Shown: in pieces, positions 36,070 through 43,546 of the stretch
Layout: each line of letters opens with the position of its first letter
Position numbering within the stretch: the first letter of the stretch is position 1
IMG/VR virus record: IMGVR_UViG_3300027893_000005
Coordinates: 1 to 50,326 of that record
Source: a virus
Lineage: Duplodnaviria > Caudoviricetes
Length of the DNA stretch: 50,326 nucleotides
Direction: 5' to 3' (one strand)
Position numbers and translations under genes: made by a program
Notes under the pieces: model-generated
Told to the model about the DNA's origin: nothing
Database searches by the model: none
What the model saw: the letters and a program-made list of their open reading frames with translations, nothing else

Positions 36070-36862
36070 GGCTAAGCTGTCCGATCTGTGGCTGCCAGCC
36101 GAGTCCGTGCTGGCCCCTACCCGATGGAGTGTCGGACTATGGGGGCCTGCGGGCGGCGGGAAGTCACACGTCATCGTCAACTCCTGCCCCGGCCCGGTCT
36201 TTATCGCCAACTTCGACCGCGACGTTTCCGCCCTGGTCAAGAAGTCCGGGCGCAAGGACATCTACATCGCCAACCTGCACACGGCTGGCCTAGTGCTGAC
36301 TGACAAGCGGGCTGAGCAACTGATCGAGCGATTCCAGAAGGCGCTGGAGGAGGTCACCACAATGACCGAGGGCACGTTTGCCCTCGACGGTGGCTCTGCC
36401 TTCCACCACATCCTGGAGCAACTAGAGTTGTCCCGGCTCAATGCCAGTCAGCGAAAGCGTGCCGCCAAGGGCAAGGATGCCGAGACCTACGAGAAGCTCC
36501 CGGCCCTGTACCGTGGTGGCATCAACGCTCAGATCAACGCCATGCTCGCCTCCATCTCCAACTCTCCCGTCAACTTTGTCATCACCCACCAGCAGCGGGA
36601 GATATGGGATCAGACCGGCAAGCCCACCGGGGAGTTCGAGCCCCGTGAGAACACTCAGGTCGCCTACGGTGTGGACATGGAAGTCCGCATCTTCTCGGCC
36701 TGGACATCTGCCAAGCGCGACCCCAAGACGAAGAAGGAGATACCGAAGATGCTGGAGCACTACGGCCGGGTGACCATGTGCAAGCATGACGAGAGCGTCA
36801 TCGACACCAAGATCAAGAACCCGACCTGGGAGTACCTGGTCGGGCTCATGGAGTTGGACTAG
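36062..36862 (+). CDS. P-loop ATPase, Sak4/AAA_24-like recombination protein
   Basis: GPAGGGKS Walker A, FALDG Walker B, VITHQ; adjacent to the exonuclease. Confidence 0.75.
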   Translation: MTEAKLSDLWLPAESVLAPTRWSVGLWGPAGGGKSHVIVNSCPGPVFIANFDRDVSALVKKSGRKDIYIANLHTAGLVLTDKRAEQLIERFQKALEEVTTMTEGTFALDGGSAFHHILEQLELSRLNASQRKRAAKGKDAETYEKLPALYRGGINAQINAMLASISNSPVNFVITHQQREIWDQTGKPTGEFEPRENTQVAYGVDMEVRIFSAWTSAKRDPKTKKEIPKMLEHYGRVTMCKHDESVIDTKIKNPTWEYLVGLMELD

Positions 36863-36873
36863 GAGGCAGCGGC

Positions 36874-37053
36874 ATGGAGGTTCATGGGGGGCTCCCAGTC
36901 CTCGCCAAGGTCGTTCCTTCCGCCTTGGCTGCTCTGCTTGGTGCTGCGAATGCCTCGCCCACATTCGTCGTACCCTACCTCGTCGCCGTCGTCACCTCCA
37001 TTGCCGTCACGCTCCTCCTGTTCGGGAACCCCCCGCCACTGGAATCATCATGA
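36874..37053 (+). CDS. Small two-TM membrane protein (59 aa, below the ORF-track cutoff)
   Basis: AGGAGG RBS; hydrophobic; ATGA coupling to the next gene. Confidence 0.55.
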   Translation: MEVHGGLPVLAKVVPSALAALLGAANASPTFVVPYLVAVVTSIAVTLLLFGNPPPLESS

Positions 37054-37820
37054 GCAAGATTATCGATACCATCTATGCCGCTCGAAGCGAGCCCCAGCGC
37101 CTGAAAGAGGAGGCTGCTGAAGAGGCCGACCTTCTCGTTGACGACACTGACGAGATCGATTGGCAGTTCTTCGGCAACGGGCGCGGGGCTCTCTTCGAGA
37201 GGAAGACCGCCCAGGACTTGATCAATTCATTCCTGGAAGCGAACGAGGCCACCGGCGAGCCCCGTGTAGTTGCCCAGCTCCGCCGGTTAGAGAAGACCCG
37301 CTACGTTCTCCACTGGAATCCGGAGAAGCACGGCTACGACTACATGCCTCTCCTGCCCGTGCTCCTCGTAGAGGGGCACATCTACAATCGGAGGGGCTAC
37401 GCCTACGCTGACGGGGCCAAGCGCAACATCCCCTTCAATGCCGTGGACAACTTCCTCCTCCTTGTCCAGCGCTGGGGCATCCTCGTGGCCCGGTCTGCCT
37501 CCCTCAACCACACGATGGCTCGCATGGTGTCCATCGCTGAGAGTTGGCTGAACACCGGCGACAAGGCTCCCATCATCATGCTGCCCAAGGCCCCGGTGCC
37601 GCAGCTTCGCACCCTGATGACCCTGCCCCGGATCGGGTACAAGAGCGCGAAGAAGGCCCTGACTCCGTTCCGAGTAGATGACCACATGGAGCACCCGACG
37701 TTGCGCGACGTGCTCCACGACCTGGTGCACGGCAATCCTACCGTCTTCGGCCCCGCTGCTGACAAGCGCATACAGGAGTACCTCAATGGCCCTATCTCTT
37801 CTCAGAAGGAGGGAGAGTAA
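37050..37820 (+). CDS. ERCC4/XPF-Mus81 family nuclease
   Basis: ERKTAQDLINS, QLRRL, LLVEG and C-terminal HhH LPRIGYKSA. Confidence 0.85.
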   Translation: MSKIIDTIYAARSEPQRLKEEAAEEADLLVDDTDEIDWQFFGNGRGALFERKTAQDLINSFLEANEATGEPRVVAQLRRLEKTRYVLHWNPEKHGYDYMPLLPVLLVEGHIYNRRGYAYADGAKRNIPFNAVDNFLLLVQRWGILVARSASLNHTMARMVSIAESWLNTGDKAPIIMLPKAPVPQLRTLMTLPRIGYKSAKKALTPFRVDDHMEHPTLRDVLHDLVHGNPTVFGPAADKRIQEYLNGPISSQKEGE

Positions 37821-38191
37821 TGGCGAAGCGTCAGAAGCGTCAGCCACCGATCAAGCCACAGCCAGCGCTCACACCGGCGCAGGAAGTTGGCAGACTCCTG
37901 GCATTGGTGCGGCCATCGCTTGAGACCATCCTGCTGATGATCGCGCAGGGACGGCCCGGTGCAGCCCTGGAGGTTACCTTCATGTACGGCTGCGCCCAAG
38001 GTATCCGCCTCGCTCGCCAGGACATGCGCACCGCCAAGAGGATCGAGCAGGGTGTGGACAACATCCTTGGTGAAGGGCAGGTAGAAGTGGACGTGAAGGG
38101 CAAGACTATGGAGGAGGCCCAGAAGGAGATCAAGGAGGTTGCGGCTAAGGGGCAACGGCCTGCTATCTGGACACCGGGGGGAGAGGTCTGA
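37820..38191 (+). CDS. Hypothetical protein (123 aa)
   Basis: TAATG coupling; strong RBS. Confidence 0.6.
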   Translation: MAKRQKRQPPIKPQPALTPAQEVGRLLALVRPSLETILLMIAQGRPGAALEVTFMYGCAQGIRLARQDMRTAKRIEQGVDNILGEGQVEVDVKGKTMEEAQKEIKEVAAKGQRPAIWTPGGEV

Positions 38192-38610
38192 TGGAAGATC
38201 AGCACGGTGTCACCCTGCCAGTGGTTTACTACACCAGGCGCTGGCCTGCCCCAGATAAGACCACCAAGAAGGTTGCCAAAGTATTCCAGGATGAGCATGG
38301 GCGTGTGGTTATCTTCAAGGATGTCTACCCAGAAGACCCCCTCTTTAAAGAAGATCGCGCTGTCGGATTTGACGTGCGCGTGACTGATCGTATCGAGGTG
38401 CACCGCTTCCTCATCTACATCTGGGAGACCCGCAACTATGCCTACGTCGATTGGCCACCCCAGAACCCCCACAAGTGTGACCAGGGAGAAGGCGAGCAGT
38501 GGCGCATCCCGCTCCGTCAGTTCACGGTGCAGGGCATCAGCGCCTACACCCAGAGGCAGCTAGAACACTGGGTGCACCAGGAGGTGAGCCTGGATGTTGC
38601 ACAAGGTTGA
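38191..38610 (+). CDS. Hypothetical protein (139 aa)
   Basis: TGATG coupling. Confidence 0.6.
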   Translation: MEDQHGVTLPVVYYTRRWPAPDKTTKKVAKVFQDEHGRVVIFKDVYPEDPLFKEDRAVGFDVRVTDRIEVHRFLIYIWETRNYAYVDWPPQNPHKCDQGEGEQWRIPLRQFTVQGISAYTQRQLEHWVHQEVSLDVAQG

Positions 38611-38872
38611 AGACCCGCTGGGCCAGACCTGGTATGTTGGCAAGGGCGACCCCGCCCACGAAGCTGTCCAGAAGCTCCGGGCGCAGCACTACACTTGGAT
38701 CGTCCTGCCAAGAGAGATCATCATGGGCACCACTCTCGGCATTGGCACCGGCCCTGGTGGTCGTATCTCTTGTCGGCGGGCCTTGAAAGCTGCCCGCCAG
38801 ATGGGGTACAATAGTGAGGGAGGCAGACGACATCTGCGCCTAGCTGAGTGCCTCCGCCTCTTGGGAGGATGA
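38594..38872 (+). CDS. Hypothetical protein (92 aa)
   Basis: AGGAGGTG RBS. Confidence 0.55.
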   Translation: MLHKVEDPLGQTWYVGKGDPAHEAVQKLRAQHYTWIVLPREIIMGTTLGIGTGPGGRISCRRALKAARQMGYNSEGGRRHLRLAECLRLLGG

Positions 38873-38873
38873 C

Positions 38874-39758
38874 ATGGAACTTGTTGACAGCCTGGTAAAG
38901 ACCCGCCTCTCGACCACTCTGCCCCTGCGCGAAGTCCTCATCATGCCCATCGGGGACATCCACGAGGACAGCACCGGTGCCGCCGACCTGGAGAAGCTAC
39001 GCCGACACGTCGAGTGGGGCATGGAGCGCGACGCCTACTTCCTGGGCATGGCTGACTACGTTGACCTGGCATCCCCCAGCAATCGCCAGACCCTGACCGG
39101 TGCCAAGGTCTACGACTCCGTGCGGGATGCACTCGATGACCAGGCCCGCGCTGCTGCCAACCGGGTGTACCACGTGCTGGAGCCCACGAAGGGTCACTGG
39201 CTGGGCATGCTCAGTGGCCACCACTACTGGGAGTTCCAGGACGGAGACACAACCGACACCTGGCTGGCCCGGAAGCTGGAGGCTCCCTACCTTGGGGACT
39301 CCGCCTTCATCCGTTGCATCTTCCAAGGCCAGAAAAGTCGGGCTCACTTTACCATCTTCTGCCACCACGGTGTGGGCTCCGGGCTCACCCTGGCCGCTCC
39401 CCTCAACCGGCTGGAGCGGGTGGTGGAATACTTCGATGCTGACATCTACCTGATCGGTCACCAGCACAAGCTCGTAGGCGCTCCGATGGACAGGCTGTAC
39501 GTGAACTGGAACACTGACCCGCCCCAGATCGAGCACAAGACAATCATCGTGGCCTGCACTGGTGGCTGGCTACGTGGCTACCGTGAGCGTCACCGACGTG
39601 GTGGCCGTGCCCAGGGCACCTATGTGGAGAAGAAGCTGCTCTCGCCTACGGCCCTGGGTGGGGTAGTCATCTCGGCCCGGCCAACGGTCAAGCACTACGA
39701 GACGAGCGCTGGCAAGCGGGCCTCGTTGTACGGAGTAGACCTGAACATCTCGCTGTAA
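38874..39758 (+). CDS. Calcineurin-like metallophosphoesterase
   Basis: GDIH, ADYVD, GHH, HHG and GHQH metal-binding motifs. Confidence 0.85.
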   Translation: MELVDSLVKTRLSTTLPLREVLIMPIGDIHEDSTGAADLEKLRRHVEWGMERDAYFLGMADYVDLASPSNRQTLTGAKVYDSVRDALDDQARAAANRVYHVLEPTKGHWLGMLSGHHYWEFQDGDTTDTWLARKLEAPYLGDSAFIRCIFQGQKSRAHFTIFCHHGVGSGLTLAAPLNRLERVVEYFDADIYLIGHQHKLVGAPMDRLYVNWNTDPPQIEHKTIIVACTGGWLRGYRERHRRGGRAQGTYVEKKLLSPTALGGVVISARPTVKHYETSAGKRASLYGVDLNISL

Positions 39759-39770
39759 GGAGGCGACATC

Positions 39771-40289
39771 ATGGGTGGAGGCAGCGGAGCCCCCATATTC
39801 CTCACTGGCCCGGAACAACGGGCGCTCATTATCACGCAGGAGGAAGCCTGGCTTCTGAATGATCGGGTGCGTGACATCATCACCGAGTCCTTCAAGGACG
39901 TGCCCTACGATCCAGAGGACGGCGATACCGTCATCAGGCACTTGACTGACTGTCGCCCCCTGGCCCTCCAGATCGTCCGTGCTCTCCGGGACTTGCAATC
40001 TATGTCCGAGACGAGTATCATCGTGAGTGAAGAAGAGTGCTGGTTCCTGGAGCGCCGGTTCCGCCACAACGACCGCGAGCCCGCAGCCAGGACGCTGCTC
40101 CTGAAGCTGCACGAGCTTATACTGTTCTTTCACCCGGAGCTTGAACCGCCGCTCCCCGACCCGGAGCTTGAACCGGAGGTAGAGGCCAATGCCGACAGAA
40201 CCTACAGAGACGCCATCCAGAGCGCCAACGAGGACGCCAACCCCGACGAGGACGCCGGGGCCGAGCCGGGCACCGGAGACGGGGCCTGA
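39771..40289 (+). CDS. Hypothetical protein with internal duplication and acidic tail
   Basis: LIITQEEAWLLNDRVR versus IIVSEEECWFLERRFR; AAGGAGG RBS. Confidence 0.65.
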   Translation: MGGGSGAPIFLTGPEQRALIITQEEAWLLNDRVRDIITESFKDVPYDPEDGDTVIRHLTDCRPLALQIVRALRDLQSMSETSIIVSEEECWFLERRFRHNDREPAARTLLLKLHELILFFHPELEPPLPDPELEPEVEANADRTYRDAIQSANEDANPDEDAGAEPGTGDGA

Positions 40290-40310
40290 GCCCTACTTGC
40301 CGAGCAGGAC

Positions 40311-41255
40311 ATGTCCACAGCAGAAGGGCGACGGCGTTCGAAGGGTTATCCCTACCCTGCCATAGAGATACCACTGCGAAGGCGTCTGACCGTCGCTGAG
40401 GTAACGATCAATGCTGCCCTCGACCATGTGCTGCAAGTGCCCACCATCAGGGTTCCCGTGCCCAGGGGGTGGGAGCTTGAGGAACTGCTGGAGCAGCATG
40501 GCGCATACGTCGAGGTCAACGACGAGAGAGGTCACTACATGTACTGGGTAGGCCCGGAGAACTTTGAGGGCATGAGCGACACCGACCTGCTGTCCTGGCT
40601 GGAGGCAATCGAGGCCACTTACGGCGAGGAGGTTGCTATCGAGCTTGGCCAGATGGCGGGCCTGTCTCAGCGCCTGGAGGCCAGCGGCATCAACCCGGAG
40701 TACGCCGCCAAGATACGAGACCACGTGTCCAAGAGCCACGTCCGCGTCCAGGCCAAGAACATGATTCAGGACATAGGCGAGATCATCGGGTACGCCGCTG
40801 ACAAGCTCGTCCTTGGCACCCTGGAACCGGTCACCCACTGCCTGGGCAAGCCAGTCAAGGTTCCCCACATGGAGCCCGACCTGGTATGGAAGATGGCCAC
40901 CGCCTTCTGGCATGAGATCGTGCATCGGGGGATGGAGATTGGCAAGAAGGAGTCCTTCTGGGTCAAGGGCATCGGTGAGTTCTCCTACGACGAGGTTCTC
41001 CTGTTCGCGCAACACATCTGGGAGGCGTTCTTGCGGGTCACCCGGCTGGACTTCACCGTCCCGGCCGAGAGCGCGGCCATCAAGTTCTGGTTGGGGTTGA
41101 GCGACAAGTGGTCAGACCGGGAGCACGCGCCGGACATCGGCCGTCTCAGCCCGGAGGACAAGAAGGATCGGCTCCACCACTATATCGGCTACGGTGGCCC
41201 CAGCCGCGCACTCATGGAAGAGATGGGGATAGACCTGGATGCTTATGCTTCTTGA
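40311..41255 (+). CDS. Hypothetical protein (314 aa)
   Basis: Long coding-like ORF. Confidence 0.65.
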   Translation: MSTAEGRRRSKGYPYPAIEIPLRRRLTVAEVTINAALDHVLQVPTIRVPVPRGWELEELLEQHGAYVEVNDERGHYMYWVGPENFEGMSDTDLLSWLEAIEATYGEEVAIELGQMAGLSQRLEASGINPEYAAKIRDHVSKSHVRVQAKNMIQDIGEIIGYAADKLVLGTLEPVTHCLGKPVKVPHMEPDLVWKMATAFWHEIVHRGMEIGKKESFWVKGIGEFSYDEVLLFAQHIWEAFLRVTRLDFTVPAESAAIKFWLGLSDKWSDREHAPDIGRLSPEDKKDRLHHYIGYGGPSRALMEEMGIDLDAYAS

Positions 41256-41541
41256 GCCCTACGCCGACTACATCCTGTCTGTCTGCCACACCGTAATCTG
41301 CCTTGGTATCATCCCGACAATCTGGACTGGTCGCAGGGAGCAACACATTCCTTACGCCACCAGCTTGACATTCATCATCGTGCTATCAGTCCTGGGCCTC
41401 GCTCTGCTATCTCAGGGCCTGGTCTTCGGAGCCGCCACGGACATGCTGGGCGCTGGCCTCTGGTGTGTCGTGGCAGGAGAGAGAAGATTGTGGCAACGAA
41501 GAGAAAGAAGAAGCGCCAGCCGTCGCACAAGGCTCTCCTAG
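41239..41541 (+). CDS. Three-TM membrane protein, PQ-loop/SemiSWEET-like
   Basis: Three hydrophobic helices with IIPTIW after TM1. Confidence 0.5.
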   Translation: MLMLLEPYADYILSVCHTVICLGIIPTIWTGRREQHIPYATSLTFIIVLSVLGLALLSQGLVFGAATDMLGAGLWCVVAGERRLWQRRERRSASRRTRLS

Positions 41542-41948
41542 CTAGGGCAGTCAGGCGAGCCCTGACCAAGTACCACAACCTGTACCGGCTCCCGAACTGG
41601 CCGGTCTACTATCGGGCCGTCCAGTCCATCAAGCGGGCATGGGACGGGGCCGATTGCGCCGCCGGGATGGACATCGAGCACCATTCTTGCGAAGTCTGCC
41701 TGGACTACCGGGAAGACCTGAAGCTGGAGGAGGTTGACCTGATTATCGCCCACGAGTTCGCCCACTGGCTGACCAACGACCTTGACATCTTTCTGAAGTC
41801 AATGCTCTCGAAGAGGCAGTACCTTCATGCCAAGGAATTGCTGGAGACCGTGGTCGAGGCCATCGCCATCGCCGTGACCAAGCCTGAGCGGTCTCAGCCG
41901 AAGACGCTGATCCGCCTGACAGTGGAGGAGAAAGGTGGCAACGGTTGA
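41490..41948 (+). CDS. Zincin-like metallopeptidase
   Basis: IIAHEFAH (HExxH) with a downstream Glu-containing helix. Confidence 0.6.
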   Translation: MATKRKKKRQPSHKALLARAVRRALTKYHNLYRLPNWPVYYRAVQSIKRAWDGADCAAGMDIEHHSCEVCLDYREDLKLEEVDLIIAHEFAHWLTNDLDIFLKSMLSKRQYLHAKELLETVVEAIAIAVTKPERSQPKTLIRLTVEEKGGNG

Positions 41949-42132
41949 ACATGGCCTGACCCTTACCGGCGTGGCGGAGGTTCGCCTGATAGAGGAGTTC
42001 GCCAAGTGGCTACGGGCCAGGAGAGCAGCGCACGTGCGCAGCGACAACGGCGTGCAGCGCTACAGCAAGCACGTGAGCGACCAGTCGTTCAGGATCGAGG
42101 TTGGCGAGGGTGCCGAGAAACGCGCGTGGTAA
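41935..42132 (+). CDS. Hypothetical protein (65 aa)
   Basis: GGAGGAG RBS. Confidence 0.5.
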   Translation: MATVEHGLTLTGVAEVRLIEEFAKWLRARRAAHVRSDNGVQRYSKHVSDQSFRIEVGEGAEKRAW

Positions 42133-42358
42133 CTGGCAGTGCCCCCGGTGCCGGATGAAGACCCCCAACAAGCACAAGAAGTGCGACCATTGCGGGCGGT
42201 CTCGCCGGGCCGATGTGGGCTCTAGCTACCTGGGCCGTCATGCCCTGGCCGAGATGGGAATCATTCTGCCCAAGGGACAGGTAGTCCCGGTAGGCTTTAT
42301 CAAAGTGAAGCGAGTGAAGAATGCGCTCGACGCCGCGAAGGAGGAGAAGAAGTCATGA
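42110..42358 (+). CDS. Zn-ribbon protein (RanBP2-like)
   Basis: WQCPRC-x10-CDHCG. Confidence 0.55.
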   Translation: MPRNARGNWQCPRCRMKTPNKHKKCDHCGRSRRADVGSSYLGRHALAEMGIILPKGQVVPVGFIKVKRVKNALDAAKEEKKS

Positions 42359-43356
42359 AGTCACCAGCGTGGATATGGCAGTTCAACACCTGCTATCCCC
42401 CGGCGGGTAGCTCGTTCACCCACCAGGGTGCAAGCATCCCGCTCATTGGCCCGAACGACCTGGAGGCCCCAATATGCGACGCATACGTGAAGTCCCACGA
42501 CGGGCTGTACTGGATGTCCGGGCTCTACAGCCACCCCTTGGCCCCGAACAGCGAACGCCTTGCCAAACTACGCCAGATATACTACGACCAGGGCATCGAG
42601 CTTACTCCGTGGTGCGTGCCCAAGGGCCACTGGCCGGTCGAAGAGGCGCTGATCGCCAACCGTGTCCTGGAAGTCACCAACCGCCTGATCCTGGACATTG
42701 AGCCTTACGCCTACTTCTGGACGGCCCCCTTCGAAAACCTGCATGCGTACATGCAGCGCATCCGGCAGGCCCATCCCAATGCCTGGATAGGGCTCAGCTT
42801 CGATCCCAGGTACGGCAACTACCACGGCGTGCAGGTGGACAAGTACCGGGACATCCACTTCGAGGAGTGGATTCCCTACGTGGACGCCCTGCTTCCGCAA
42901 GACTACTGGGAGACCTTCCAGGTCAACCCGGAGTGGGAGATTGATCACACCACTGCCCGCATCGCTGACTATGGCCTGGAGATCATCCATGCCATCCCCG
43001 GACACGCCTCGTCCGACAGCTTCCGCCGGGCCGTGGAGACCATTCTGCGCTACGGGAACCGGTTCTCGATCTGGCGGCGCGGCACATACGCAACCTACAA
43101 TGCCGAGTATGTCGACAGCATCCAGACTGCCCCTACTCCCCCCCCACCCGACTGCTCGGCGCTGGAGGCTGAGGTGGCCCGGCTCATCGGGGAGACCGCT
43201 ACGCTCAAGGCGACCCTCCAACAGACCGGGGATGAGTCGCTGCGTCGCCTGTCCCGCATTCGTCAGTACGAGAACAAGCTGAAGGCTGGCGCTCAGGCCA
43301 TGCGAAACACGGCCAACGCGCTAGAGGTGGATATTCCCTATGTCTCCGGCAGTTAA
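42355..43356 (+). CDS. Probable endolysin (TIM-barrel glycoside hydrolase-like with coiled-coil tail)
   Basis: YVKSHDG, LILDIE (DxE as in GH25-type muramidases), PQDYW; Pro linker then heptad repeats. Confidence 0.55.
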   Translation: MKSPAWIWQFNTCYPPAGSSFTHQGASIPLIGPNDLEAPICDAYVKSHDGLYWMSGLYSHPLAPNSERLAKLRQIYYDQGIELTPWCVPKGHWPVEEALIANRVLEVTNRLILDIEPYAYFWTAPFENLHAYMQRIRQAHPNAWIGLSFDPRYGNYHGVQVDKYRDIHFEEWIPYVDALLPQDYWETFQVNPEWEIDHTTARIADYGLEIIHAIPGHASSDSFRRAVETILRYGNRFSIWRRGTYATYNAEYVDSIQTAPTPPPPDCSALEAEVARLIGETATLKATLQQTGDESLRRLSRIRQYENKLKAGAQAMRNTANALEVDIPYVSGS

Positions 43357-43546
43357 CGTCCTGAACGTAGACCTGTCGCTGCTGCTCCAGATGATCGGGG
43401 AGCGAGAGGTACAGATTGCCCTATTGCAGCAGCAGGTGGCTGGGCTGACGAAGCAGGTGGAGACCATGAGCAAGATCAGGGCTGGCCGGACTAAACAGCG
43501 TAAAGAGGAATCTTGTAGTCCACCCCATTCAACTCCACCCGAATAG
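43340..43546 (+). CDS. Small coiled-coil protein (68 aa)
   Basis: GAGGTG RBS; its 3' end overlaps the convergent tail spike gene by 56 bp. Confidence 0.55.
   Translation: MSPAVNVLNVDLSLLLQMIGEREVQIALLQQQVAGLTKQVETMSKIRAGRTKQRKEESCSPPHSTPPE

Noticed and set aside
40132-40174. 17-bp direct repeat ACCCGGAGCTTGAACCG
   Set aside because: In-frame coding duplication (PELEP twice) in a low-complexity linker.
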